Assembly (NCBI GenBank): GCA_964016885.1 | Contig: OZ024742.1 | Coordinates: 59,892,001 to 59,956,000 of the forward strand | DNA from: Eledone cirrhosa | Lineage: Eukaryota | Reading direction: 5' to 3' | Length of the DNA stretch: 64,000 nucleotides | Shown here: in pieces, positions 12,396-26,101 of the stretch | Position numbering within the stretch: position 1 is the stretch's first letter | Layout of the letters: each line of letters begins with the position of its first letter | Position numbers and translations under genes: made by a program | Notes under the pieces: model-generated | The model's database searches: none | Told to the model about the DNA's origin: nothing | The model's input: only the letters and a program-made list of their open reading frames with translations

Positions 12396-13857
12396 CTTGG
12401 AAATTTGTAAACGCATTAAATTAGCACTGTAGAAGAAAAAGAAACATTCCTGGCAATAGCTTCAGCTTAAGATCTTAACACAAGATAGATAGACTTAAAT
12501 TGACTTTAAATGTAATAGGTTCACAGAGATCAAGAATTTCCTGAACCATACAGATACAATTACATTATATCTCAGTACTGTTATAGAAATTGTGTTAAAT
12601 CACTTTCATAAAAGGTTGTAAAATTCGCATACCTGTTCGACAGCTTCTAAAGAGCAAAACTCTGAAAATTTAAAACTTAATTATAACTTTTCAGAAAATC
12701 ATAGAGACAGCCTGATTAGTTGAAGAACCAGTAATTTATCTTTCCAAAATAACTCAAATAGTATTGAATGATTTGCAAGTTTTAGTAACGAAATGTCACA
12801 GTTCTATTTTAGCAGTTCGTTTCCCTACGCTAAACATCTTTTTGGTTATTTTTTTATTTTGTCTTTCACTTGGTCGGCGTCACTAAATCTCTTATTGACT
12901 GCACATTAAAGAGATTACTGTGATTATAATGATCTCCAAATGGCAGGAATGAGAAGTTGCTCTTCCATTCCTGACAACGAAATATATTAAAATCAAAAAC
13001 AATAACATTTGTTGACTATTCATATGTTGTTTATCATAGGCAGCAAATCGGCTGCGTTGTTAGAGTATCGCATTAAATGGCTTGTGTTATTTGTACTTTG
13101 AATTAAAATCCTGGCGAGATCAATTTTGTTTTGCAATATTTCGTGGTCAAATCACAAAGTAACATTTAAGCTGGGGCAATGAATTGACAGAATTCTTTAA
13201 GAATTGGACCAGATGGATTGTATTATCTATTTTCTTTCAGTGTCTAGTGCGCTGTTCATCTTTTTGGGGTCGGTAAACAATGTACCAGTCCAGTAAATGC
13301 AGTGAGTTATTGGAATTGTAATGAGTTGTTCGAGATACTTTGTGTCATCAATTCTGAGCTCAAACCCTACTAGCACTTACCATGAACCGATGGCACTACT
13401 ACGATACGTGGCAACCAGCAAATAGTATCTTTGGTCCTTTCTCACGACCGGCTTCTTTTCATTTTTTCATATCAATGGTTTTTTCATCTGTTTAGCAGTA
13501 AGACTATGACCCCGAGGATCACTTGACATGTTCCAAATAGCACCAAAATCTCTGAAATTTGTATTCATACATTGTGAATTTCAGTGAATATTTGGAGGGA
13601 ATTTAAGTACTTAGTATTAGCAAACGAGTGAAAAATCTCATCACGGAGGCTGCTTGACACCTCAAAATAGCAAGCAGATCATTCTGAATTGATACACTGC
13701 CTTTTATAAAAATACGAAAAAAAAACATAATCAGCAAGATAGTTGTATATATGGACACATTTACAATGTTTATGTATAACAAAGATGCATTTAGTCTCGC
13801 TGTTACCATTTTAAGGTGTGATCGTATTTCACCTTGGTATATATCGTGTCTCTCCAA

Positions 13858-14132
13858 TAATAATTGTTTCTACTATTGGCAAAAAGCCAGCAAATACCCA
13901 GTACATTACTGGTACTTTATTTTATCGACCCCGTAAGGATGAAAGGCAAAGTTAACCTCGGCGGGATTTGCACTCAGAATGGCAAGGGCCGTAACTCTAT
14001 GCGTCAAAGCAAGGCGTCCGACCCTCTACCGATGTTTACTGATTTAGGCACAAGACCAACAATTTGTGGGGAAGGGGAAATCTATTAAACCAACTCAAGT
14101 GCATTAATGGTACTTTATTTTAACGACTCCGG
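13858..14132 (-). mobile_element. tRNA-derived SINE plus partial second copy
   Basis: Same consensus as the other SINE copies. Confidence 0.8.
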
Positions 14133-14134
14133 AA

Positions 14135-14635
14135 AGCGCCCATTCCAAGCGTGCCCAGGGACGCCACCCCCACCCTCAGGTAGCCCCTATCCTCCACCCT
14201 CGAGGCCAGCGCCAAGCGTTTGCGTGACCAGGTAAACGCCAAGCTTATCATGAGTGATATCTCGACCGCAGAAGAGTTGTTGCCTCAGAGGACACTGTCC
14301 TCCAACCCACCGAGGAGGTCCTGGCTGCTCTGTGACTCAAGTACCCTGAGCCACCTACTGATCTCACACCCATACCCCCACCCGACCCCCACTTTCTCCT
14401 TGTAGCTTCTGATGCAGACATCATGTCCGCCATCAGGTCCTTCCCAGCTAGCAGCTGCGGAGGTGTTGATGGTCTCCCACAGGCCACCTCGAAGAGTTGA
14501 TATCCCCGCTTTCCGCTGAGACCGGGCTCTGCCTTCTGAGTGCAATTGTGGCGCTCACCAATAGGCTCATCCATGGCGCCCTGGACCCTTACGCCCGATG
14601 CCTGTTTTTTTCGGCCAACCTCACCGCTCTCGCAT
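14135..14635 (+). pseudogene. CRE-clade non-LTR retrotransposon RT N-terminal fragment
   Basis: Joined frames give VNAKL..DIS...AIRSFPASSCGGVDGL..GHLEELI...LTNRLIHG...FFSANLTAL, typical of CRE RT just before the RPIAVG motif. Confidence 0.7.
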
Positions 14636-15256
14636 CGACCCTCCCTTCTCACTTCCCTTCTCCTCCTCACTCACGTGTTATTCTCACTCCCACTCTCTCT
14701 CTATCTATCCGTTCGGTTTTGATTGTTGACGTGTTTACACGTGCCGTGGATTATCTCCCTTTCACTTCTCCTCCGCACTTTTGGTTGCCCGTGTCTCTCG
14801 CTCACTTTCTCTTGTCTATGTGAGAGGTAGAACGATTATAGCAGCTCTGAGTCGTAGCTGACCACCAGGCTAAAGTCTCCCAGATTGGCCACAACTTACT
14901 TTCCCTAATTTTCCACGGTTAGGTTTTTGCATGTTTCTTTCACCTGTGTATTCCCACGATAGGACCTGTACACTTTTTTTCCTCCTATTCCTTTCCTATT
15001 TTTTCCCCTTTTCCCGTACCCCTTTCTTCCTCACTCCTTATCTTTTTCCCTCCTGTTCTTTCTGCTTTCCCTCTCTTTCCTTTTCTCTCTCCTTTTTTCT
15101 CCCCTTTTTTTCTCTCTTTCTCTCTCCTTTTCCACCTGGCCTTTTGATTAATAAAAGGCCTCGGGCACATCCGAACTACACCGATGTCCTGTAATTCAGC
15201 GCCGAAACATCGGTTCGGGAAACATTTACAGCTGACGATGGAAACGCTTTTCTTCC

Positions 15257-15291
<35 letters not shown>

Positions 15292-15379
15292 GTATGTAGA
15301 AGAAATATGTGTGTGTATATGTGGTCTATATGTATATATATATATATGTGTTTGAAATATATGTATATGTATATATAGG

Positions 15380-15423
<44 letters not shown>

Positions 15424-16486
15424 GTATGTATGTGTGTGTATGTATATATGTATATGTATGTATGAATGTAGAAAATATATATCTGTATGTATGTGAGATA
15501 TATATATATATATGTATGTATGTGATATATATATATATATATATATGAGTGTGTATGTATGTATGATATATATATATGTGTGTGTCTATATGTATGGGTG
15601 TATATGTATGCGTGTGTGTGTATATGTGTAGGTATGTGTACGTATATGTGTCTATATATATGGGTATATATATATATAAGTGGAGGCTTAGTAAAATCGA
15701 AGCTTTGGCTGTGGGCAAGCAAAGTCAACCTACAATATGAATGAGTTAGCAAACCACTCAATAAGGGTAGTTCCTTAGAGTAACAAAATACGTTTAAATA
15801 GCTTGACAAATTGAACATCGTGGTAAGCAAAACCTAACACACAATACCAAATAACGAAAAAACATTGAAAAGATACACCTGGACAAATCAAACGTTATAC
15901 GTGTATATATATATCTGTGTGTGTGTATGTGGGTGTGGGTATATATGTGTGTATATACATATGTGTATGGGTGTGTATGCGTATGTATGTGTGTATATAT
16001 ATATATGTGTATATATATGTATATGTATCTATATATGTGTTGATATGTATTTGTAAGTAGTATATATGGACTGTAGATAAATTTACATATAGGGAAGTTA
16101 ATATGTGAGCCACCATGTCCCTCCCCCTTCACTTCCTCTCCCAGACCAATATCAAAAACACATTTTTGACAAATATTCCCAAACTATCCTTCTCTCTTTT
16201 TCCTGTCATCTCATTCTTATCAAGAGACAGGTATCTCACACCTCATTAAAACCTAGAAAAGCACCTAAATTCATCTTTGATATAGAAATCTGTAGAAGAT
16301 ATTCTTTATGGATTTGGAAGAGAAGAGTTGATTCAGCTATGCCATTATAAACTCATCAAAGGTCAGCTAATGAAATAAAACCAGCAGGGGAGTAGGTTTA
16401 TGACTATCTTCTCAAACACCCTTATCATACAACTTCACCATTTTCTGAGTGTATATATATGTGTGTGTGTATATGTGTGTGTGTGT

Positions 16487-16569
<83 letters not shown>

Positions 16570-16835
16570 CTTTAATTCCTCCGGACCTTCATCATCAACA
16601 CTCATTAACACCACACCCCACACCTCAGACACATCCAAATATCTCTCATATATAATCACACATCTCAACACAACCTGATCTCAGTTTGACAATCGCCACA
16701 GACAGCCGAATGCGAGAAAGTTCTCCAACCCAAGTTAACCAGGAATCTCTAAAATTCTTCCCACCGAAGTTAACAAAGAACTTACTGGATCTACCAACTC
16801 ATAATATTATAATATTATATTATAACATTAAATAT

Positions 16836-17022
16836 GGCAGTGGATTGGCAGTATCGGTAGAGGGTCGGACGCCATACTGTGATGCATAGAGCTATGGCCC
16901 TTGCTATTCTGAGTTCAAACCCTGCCGAGGTTGACTTTACCTTTCATCCTTACGGGGTCGATAAAATAAAGTACCAGTAATGTACTGGATAATTTCTGGC
17001 TTTGTGCCAAAAGTAGAAACAA
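16836..17022 (+). mobile_element. tRNA-derived SINE, full length with TSD
   Basis: GGCAGTGGATTGGCAG...GAGTTCAAAC...CCTTTCATCCTTACGGGGTCGATAAA...AGAAACAATT; ATTATATTATAACATTAAAT on both sides. Confidence 0.88.
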
Positions 17023-17317
17023 TTATATTATAACATTAAATCATAAAATGTTTTAACACTACAAGTGAAGTCATTCTTTTCCTTTTTTTCAAATATACCT
17101 AACTGTACCAAGGATCTCACAGATTTTCCAATATATATATATGTATATGTATGATATATATTTGATGTTATACTGAAAAAATCCCACTAGTATGTTCTAC
17201 TTTCTTTTTTTCTGTTTTACTATTTGTTTATATATATATATATATATATATATTTATGCACCCATATATATATATATATATAAATATATATATATGCACA
17301 CACGTATATATATATAA

Positions 17318-17401
<84 letters not shown>

Positions 17402-20226
17402 ATATGTATATATATATATATAAATATATATGTATACATATGTATATATATATATGTACACACACACACATATATATATATATATATTGTATAATGGTAG
17501 ACATAACAATAAGAGTAATAAGATTAGTATTAATAATGCCAAAAAAATATCAATAAGGAAATGTTTTCCAATAGGTTTATATAACTCCCACCAACCTAGG
17601 CTAATTACAAGGCAACCACCTCCGAAAGTTCTCATTACTCTTTTGCACGAATGGCATTAAAACAGCCTTTACTCAGCTTTTTACCTTCTACTTAGAGAAC
17701 TTTATTCGGAGTAGGCCCAGTCTTAACCACTCAACCACGTCTTAATATATCCCTAAAATACATTCTTTTAACAGAAACACACCCTAACATCGATATGATT
17801 GTTGATCTAATATATTTAATAGCTGTCATCGATCTGTTTGTTACAAATCATAATTGTATATTTTATTATTCTACGTATCGTTTCATGTTTAGAAAAAAAT
17901 TTTTCCGGTAATATGAATCAATCGTTAACATTATCTTCATGAGACGGGTGATAATCGATTAGCGGATTAAATACCAAGGGGCTATTTGGATTTGTCTATT
18001 TTCACGTCCGATCCAGGTCGACCCTGTTTTTATCCTCCTGGGTCGATAAAATAAATACCAGTCAAATTGTATAATCAATATGATCGACATAGCAAAAGGA
18101 AGAAAGAAAATCATTTGAAACATCATGCCCATGTTAGAAAAGATTATTATAATTATTGTTTTAAGAAGTAGGAGATCGAATAAGACATTGAATTAGCTGA
18201 AGCGCTGCGGAGTCAGTAAAATGCCGCGTTCTACTTGTTCCATTCGTTTAGCTTCTGATTTCAAATCAGATACGCCTTATTCAACTTTACTTAGCAACCT
18301 AGAGGGATCAATATAACAAAGTGCCTGTAAGGATTGGTGTCGTGCCAATATAACCGTGTGTATCCTTACCCCAAACCTTGAGCTGTATGATTATGTACAA
18401 ATCTGCTATAAATTACTAATAGAGAATATAGGTAAATTCACTGCGTTAATTGTGCCTGTCTTTTCACCAAACCTGACAGAAGGAGGCCATACCAACGAGG
18501 TAATTATTACTAGCTTGGTTATTAAAAGTGTTAAGATTAACAACCAAATTCGTCTAAGATCGCATCCTACCTTTCTTAAATAAAGAAAAATAAAGTGGCT
18601 AATGTAGTCTGTTGAATAAATTCGATCAGATTCTCGCAGCTAGAATTCTTTTAATCCAAAGTCTGCTTTATCAGTGATGATATGGAGCTACACAACATCA
18701 ATAACACTCATCATTTTCGAGTTGATAATTTAAAATGACAGAGCAGAATGGCCAGTTTAGAAAATGTTTCAAGTGGTGGCCACGTAATATTCGATGTGGC
18801 TCTTACAGCTCTCCTTTAATCTGTCACTCGGTTTACTACGACCACCACTCCTTTGGATGACTTACATTGAGTCCCTTTTGTTACAAGCATTCGTGAGAGC
18901 TCTCCGGTTTTAGTGTACCTGTATCCCTCCCCCCATTCTCACTAATATAGAAGACCTTAACATGATCCTTTAACCACCAAACTAAACAGTTAAAATCGAA
19001 TTATGATGGCAGTAACTTGGTTGTTAATTTTCTTGGGGATAACGTCTATAGGTAATTTCATTTTAGACATTTTTACAAATATTGATAATTAATTGGCAAA
19101 TAAGTTTCATCCATTTAGAGTTGAAATCCCTAAATTTAATGGCAAATTATATTCTGAAAGATTCCTTTATCACCTATTTTGCCAAGGGATTTCTCCTCTT
19201 GCTTCTTGTTTCCTGACCACTACAATATAAATAAATCCGAAAGTAACATTAATCAACACATTCTCTCCCGTTGAATTATGTTCTCACTGCCTTGCTCCTT
19301 TCCCTTCTCTAACTCCTTATCTTTTAACGGCTTTATTGTGTTGATTGGGGTGAGCAGAACAACTTTTAAGGTGGTGATTTGGCATATATTGGCGGAATTC
19401 TGTTAATTAGCTCTTCTCATTGCCTTTCGAGTTCAAAACCCACTTGATTCTGCAAGGATTTGCGATGACCGATGAATAGGTTGCCATAGACATGGCTGCT
19501 CGTTACAGTAAAACAACCAGTCGAAAAAGCTATAATGAGGTCACGTTTTTGTAAAAGTTGCACCTTGCCCTAAAAAGGATGAAATACAACGTATTATATA
19601 AGCATGGGATACCCACTTGTATAGAAGTTATATAAACTCCCTTTCTCCCATCAGCGTTTCAAATCTCTGAAACGGTGGTGATTGTGACATGGACTGAATA
19701 ATAAAAAGACAACAAATAAAACGCAAGTACATATGAATTTTACGGTTAACTATTACTGTGGGTTATGAATAAAATTAGTTTTAATGTTGAAATTTCATTC
19801 TAGTAATAATATACACAAGTATTTGTTCTCATATATTCTGCAGTTCAATTTTCACATGAGCATGCTTATTTTTTGACGCCGAGCGTTTTAATATAGACTA
19901 TGAGACTGCTTAATGACGGCTTTTCTCAATTTCTTTATTGAATATGATGATGCAGCTTTATTGACAAAACTTTTTGCGTTACTTTTTACCATCACCTGGC
20001 TAGTGCTGCTTAGATTAAACTTCCCTAAGGTCATATATTTAAATATCAGCAGGGCTTAACATTGCGTAATTTTCGTCGATCTGACAGTTATCCTGTTTTT
20101 CTGATGCAGTAAACAATATAATCTATATGGAGTTTTCTAGAAGGCGCCATATCTATTATTGCTTCAGTTATTTTGCTGCAAACAAAGCGTTTGTATTCTT
20201 ACAACATATAAACAAAAGAAATCAGA

Positions 20227-20257
<31 letters not shown>

Positions 20258-20789
20258 ACAACCAAAGAAAGAAGAGATAACAAGAACAACAAATCATACA
20301 AGTGAAGAAAATATATAAAATCCTCCCCTACTCCCTACCACCATTACCGCCAACAACAACAATAAAAGCAACAAAGAAGAGATAAAACAAGAAAACAATT
20401 ACAAGCAAAGAAAATATATTTAAAAAAAAAACACATAGCAATGACCAACAAAGGATATAAAAACAAAAAAGAAAGACAGTAAGAACAACAACTACAACAA
20501 CAACAACTACAAGTACTACAATATCACCAATAATATAGCCTCACAAAGAACGCATAAGGGAAAATAAAAAAATGCAAACAAATATGATATAACAGAACAA
20601 TAACAACAATTTCAATAACAACAATAACTACAAAGACCAAAATGAGAGAACATGAAACAAGGAAAATAATAACAGAAATCATAACTAACAAAAATTCGTC
20701 CATGTTTATATTTATTTGCATAGCAGACAAAATATATGCCCTGGCTTATTTCGAATCAAAACTAATTTCTAAAATATTATAATAGTAAG

Positions 20790-21185
20790 TAGTGGTTTTG
20801 GTGTTGACGGTGGTGCTGGTGGTAGTGATAGTGGTATTGGTAGTAATGGTAGCGTTGGTACTAGTAATATTGGTAGTGAAGTTGATGGTGGTGCTGGTGG
20901 TTGTGGTATTGGTAGTAATGGTAGCGTTGGTACTAGTAATATTGGTTATGGTGTTGACGGTGGTGCTGGTGATAGTAGCAGTGGTAGTAATAGTAATAGT
21001 AGCGTTGGTACTAGTAATATTGGTAGTGGTAGTAATAGTAATGGTAGCGTTGGTACTAGTAATATTGGTAGTAAAGTTGATGGTTGTGCTGGTGGTACTA
21101 TTGATGGTGGTAACAGAAGTTACTTTAGTATTACTGTTGTCAGTAGTGGAGACAATAGTATTATTATTGATATTAGTAATGGTGG
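20790..21185. repeat. GGT/AGT-rich minisatellite (Thr-rich on minus strand)
   Basis: Recurrent unit GGTAGCGTTGGTACTAGTAATATTGG. Confidence 0.75.
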
Positions 21186-21799
21186 CCATGGCGAAAGAGG
21201 TCGTGTTTTAGACACGCTTAAAAGGTTGAAGACAAACACTTTTCTCTCTAGTGAAGCCCTGATTACATTTTTCAGGTTTAATTTGAAACAAGTCGAAGGA
21301 AATGTTGCTTTCCAGCCAGTTTATTGAAAGCTGGTTGAGTGTGGCGAGAATGGTCCGAATGAATGGAGATGCTGTGAGTATGTACCTGTAGATTGGCAGA
21401 CTACAGCAGGGAGAGGGCACTTACCTTGGCGGTGAGGGTGACTGTGGCTTTCTGTGGGCTTCCTCCCTGAGTGAGCCTCGGAAATCCCTATTCAGGAATT
21501 TATTTGGTTTCAATTTTTTACTTATATTTCTTCGTTTCTTTCTTTTATTAGAAGTAATAGTAGAAGTAGTAGTAGTTGTGGTGGAATTATTATCATTATC
21601 ATTATTATTATTATTATTGGTAGTAGTGGTAGTAGTAAACAATCAGAAACAGTCATAGCTATCAGTATCTGCATAATAAATACCAACCTACAAAATTACC
21701 AACAAGAACAACAGTCACAATGACATCGATAGCAAGCACGTGATTGTTATTAGAAATCGTCATCATCACGATCAATATTAAAATAATAAAAAGAAAGAT

Positions 21800-24760
21800 A
21801 ATTTCCTTATTGGCCACAGGGACCGACATATAGGGGAGAATACAAAAGACAGGGACAGTGGGGGTTACAATATAATTGAGTAAATAATATGAAAAAAACA
21901 ATAAACAGAAGAATTACAACAATGTAAATTCCCCAATAGAGGGATGACCACCCAGGGGCGAATGAGGAAGCTCAACAATCCTGAACCACCCAACGCTCCG
22001 AGAGCAGCCGGAGATAACACACCTTTCCTCTTCAAATCAGCGAGCCTACAGGTGCATGGTCAGAGTATGCCAGTTCACTCAGGTCATTCTCACAACATTT
22101 ACCCACTTTTTAGCAAATGTACTTGGTTGGGGGCTGTACTTCCCTTTTCAACCCACCCTCCTTTCCAAATGAAACTCCAAAAAGTAGATGAGTGATTGGT
22201 CTAAGAGAAAAGTGTGACGCCAGTCATTTCAGCTATGTTCACAACATAACATCTCTCGCTATAGCCAGCAGGCAGAAGAAAACTGCTTGCCATTCTCAGT
22301 TAGAAGAAAGTGGCGGGGCAAGTTTTACTATTCGCTCGTTCGAATGCCGGATCCATCCCACACGCGATAACAGCTGTTCGACATACCTACACAAGTTAGT
22401 AATGCACAAACACTGGAAGAGTGCGTGCAGAATGGTTTCATCTTTCTGCGCGCAACTCCGACAGGTCTGTTTGAATGCACTTCCGTGCCTGTATAGTTTA
22501 TCTCAAACCGCTAGTGAATCCTCCAGCACTCCTAAGCGAGGGATTTGTGGAAGTTATCTCTGGTCCCCAGCTCGAAAGTCCTCATGAACGGATTGGTCAG
22601 TTCAATATCGTCGACGTCCAGAGCCTCTCCTCGAGCGTCGTCGCATGTGACCACCACTAACCCTCTATGTGGAATTTCCACTGAACTCATTGCCCACCTG
22701 GTAGAGGGTACTGAGCGCCTGAAAACATTCCAGATGCCAGGTGCCCAATCTCGGTCTCTTCTTCAGCCAGGACAGCAGCTCGGGCATAGAGACAAGCTTC
22801 GGAAAGGCCTGTCTCACAAAAGGTGCTGGTAGCAGGTGGACGTGGACGGCCTCTCTAGAATTTGAAGAGTAGGCGTTCTAATTTAGTGAACTGCTAACGG
22901 AAGCAAGGTACAACGATCAGGCGGTAGTAGATGATGTAGGCGATGTACGATTTCGTCACCTCCACCTGAACTTTCAGAGATTGATTTCACTCAGCCGATT
23001 TCTGGATGAGAGTGGCCACACTTCTCGTTACTTTAGCCCATCTCTTATCCACCTGGGGGTCTACTCGGAGTTAGACCCCACGCAATTTCACCGTTCCGTC
23101 CATCCAACATCCTATGACATTGTTCAATGGCATAGATTTGCCTTTCCAGGTGGCGAGCTTTTCCGGGTTCAGTTTTGCTTCCATCAACTCTTTTTTTATT
23201 CCGAGGTGTTCGACAGCATCACAGTGATGTCGTCCGCATGTGGCAACACAGCACTTCTACGTCCCGGATTAACTCTTCTAAAACGGTTACGAAAATAAGC
23301 TTTCCATTGATCTAAATTGATCAAAGCACCACCGAAACCAAGTTTACACTCTACCCCATGTATGATGTATCGCATGAGGTGGAGGTTGTCATGTATGAAT
23401 CTGATCGGGATTGGGCAAGTTTGCGCCACCCCTCCCAAACCCCCTTCGCTAACACCTTGGCCAATATCCTAAACACTATGTTTAGCAGTTATTAGCCTGA
23501 AAGTTTCTCTTGTTTTCGGCTTTTCTGGTCTGCGTTACTACGCATACGCCCACAGAACTGGAAATACTCCCGTTCTGCTGCCAATTTGGATTAGACTCCT
23601 TCGAATAGATCAAAAACAAGTCTGGCATATCTACGTAAACTCGTAGGGCCTTTCCCAGCACTCAGTATCAGCTGCTGAGGGACGCCGTAGGACGTCGAAG
23701 TAGGAACAGATCTGCCCGGAATCGTTCAACGTGCGTTCGTTTCGCTAACACATCAGTTGAAATACCGCTTCTAATCACGTTGTCTAATTTAGCTTTCAGC
23801 TCCCTCTTCTTTCTATTTTTTCTAGCGCTACTTCTTCACTAAAACCTATACGAAGTACTCTACCGCTCTCTTGAGAACACCCCACCTCCTGTTGTGGACG
23901 ACTTCCCTTGCCAACCTACGCGTAACAAAGGTGGTGCCCTGGTCTCCCTAGGCTTTACGCGCCGGGAATGATGGGTTAAGCTTCCAGTAACCAGGTCCTA
24001 GCCTACATGTTTTATCTAAATCAAACATGAAGGTCACAAATTTGTGATCTGAATAGAAAACCGTTAACAAATGTGAACAGTCCATACTATTCTTTTCTGC
24101 TGACCTATGCGGTTGGTCCAGGTCCATACTGATGCATTTGGGAAATCTAGTCGGTACCTGTCAGGCATTTAGGACAAGAGGATCAGGTACTTCAGGCTTT
24201 TGTATATCCGCTTCTATTAGCTACTCCGACATATTCACAGGGTGCGTCAAAGATACCGTTCGAGTCCTCCTCTAACAGTAAGGTGCGAGACGTTGCTAGA
24301 AAGTATTCTAGGTGCCTAAATAAATCCAGGCGCCAAGCCTCGGCCAGGGCGCAGACGACTTCTAGACGAAAGCACCACATTCATCATTGCTTATGTCTAC
24401 AACCACAAATTTACCGTCCGGGTCCAGGAAGATCGCCGTTATCTCGATATCCAGGCCTTTCCTAAACAGCACTCTCATCCCATCGCCCATTCTCGGCCGA
24501 TGAATACATGCGATGATCTAAGATTAGTCGAAAGTGGTGGCTAGTGCGGGTTTATGGGAAATCATGGTCTCGATCCTGGCAGTTATATCCATATCTAGTG
24601 ACTTGAGGTCGTTCAGAAAACGACCCTGCTAGCCGGCCGACCCCAGACCACGAACATGTCGACAATCTACTCTGATATTCACCATGATGGCTGGTTGATG
24701 AAAAGAGAAAAAAAGTGTGTGTGTGGGGCTACATCCCTTCGAGGCTCAAAGACCCTTCGG
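21800..24760 (-). mobile_element. Degraded Tx1-like LINE (APE + RT remnants)
   Basis: Homologous to 48951-52640: same 3' end (ACAAA.GACAGGGACAGTGGGG), IHDNLHLMRY, ALINLDQ, ADDITV, PGYWKLN, APE start near 24685. Confidence 0.88.
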
Positions 24761-24799
24761 AGGAACGCGATCGTAATCTTTGGGTCTGATGAACAAATT

Positions 24800-25670
24800 C
24801 TCTAGTTGGCACATTACTGTAAATCTTTCACTTAATTCAGCCTCCTGCCTTCCATCACTCGGGAAGATGGGCTCCGAGATACTTGAATTGTTCGAGCTGC
24901 TTGAGTGGAATAGTGCTCACACTTCGTAGGCTTCCTTGAGAGGACGAGTGTCTCAGTCTTCGCAGCACTAATTTTCATTCCTGTCGTGTAGTATTCGGCA
25001 GAAAACCTATACAATGCATGTCGTAGATCACCTGGCGAGATACCTAATACTATGTCCTCCGCAAATTCCAAAGGACTGATCCTAAACCCGTTAGTCTTGA
25101 TATAACTTCCAAACCGGCTGCGCTTGTCCATTAAGATTATGAATGGGAGATCTGAGAATACACACACACGGCTGAGGACACACACATTCAATGTCCATTT
25201 ATCTAATTCGTTTGCAGAGGTTACCACAATATGTCCCGTGGAACGTAGTCATATACCTTTTCAATACTTGGAAATACTCCCAGGACTGCGCAACGCCCTG
25301 CCGCAGTGTGAATATTTGGTCCGCTGTTTTACGTCCGGGGCGAAAACAACCTCGTTCTCAGCTAGTTTGGACTAAAATGTTTCCTTTATCTCTTAGCCAC
25401 ATACTTATCATAGGCTTTGCCAGGAAGGATTAACTAGGAGATCCATCTATAATTGAAGCAATCTATCTTGTCTCCCTTTTTTGAAAATCGGGATTATCAC
25501 CACCGTTAGCTATTACTAAACTTCCTTTCCAGAGATTGAAGCACACAGTTGTCAGCCAGTAAGCACATTCTCTGTTTAAGGCATTTATTATGTTGATGAG
25601 AATTTTATATTACCTCGAGGCTTTGTTACATTTGAGCATTTGAGCAAAACTGAAGCATGATTCGTTAGTG
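24800..25670 (-). mobile_element. Degraded RTE-like LINE RT fragment
   Basis: PLEFAEDIVL...DLRHALYRF...GMKISAAKTETLVL corresponds to the decayed FADD region. Confidence 0.7.
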
Positions 25671-25675
25671 TATGT

Positions 25676-26028
25676 TCTTCTGGTTTTATAATTTCACAAA
25701 TTGTTTCCCAATAGAGCGAGAGTCGGTTTCTAACATAGACACAAGACTCTTATATTGGAATAGGTGGATTATAGATGCATGCATGCATGTGTAGATATAG
25801 ATGTTATTGTATGTGTGGATGTGGATGTTTTGAGTTGTATGTGTGCATGTGTAGATGCTTTGTATCTGTACATGTGTATATGCAGTTATTAGATGCAACA
25901 TTTTTGGAATCTTTTACATATTTTTACTGGTCCATTAATGGATTGTACTTGTAATTTCCTAACTAGTTGTGTTCTTTCTGTTCCTGTGAAGCCTAGCTTC
26001 TCAAGATTTTTATTGAGGCAGTTACTAA
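25676..26028 (-). mobile_element. R4/Dong-like RLE LINE 3' end
   Basis: Near-identical to 57020-57386; 5' junction in (TATG)n. Confidence 0.8.
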
Positions 26029-26029
26029 C

Positions 26030-26060
<31 letters not shown>

Positions 26061-26101
26061 TGTATGTATGTATGTATGTATGTATGTATGTATGTATGTA
26101 T

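Noticed and set aside
15165-15250. CCGAAACATCGGTTCGG hammerhead-like segment
   Set aside because: No CUGANGA core in the proper position.
14985-17660. Many ORFs rich in YI/HT/CV
   Set aside because: Translations of (TA)n, (CA)n and (TATG)n microsatellites; the same applies throughout the window.
20127-20318. Poly-Q ORF
   Set aside because: CAA/CAG microsatellite with no other coding evidence.
20746-21211. Mucin-like Thr-rich ORF and Val-rich antisense ORF
   Set aside because: Minisatellite with no splice or domain support; resembles the low-complexity parts of nearby LINE ORF1.
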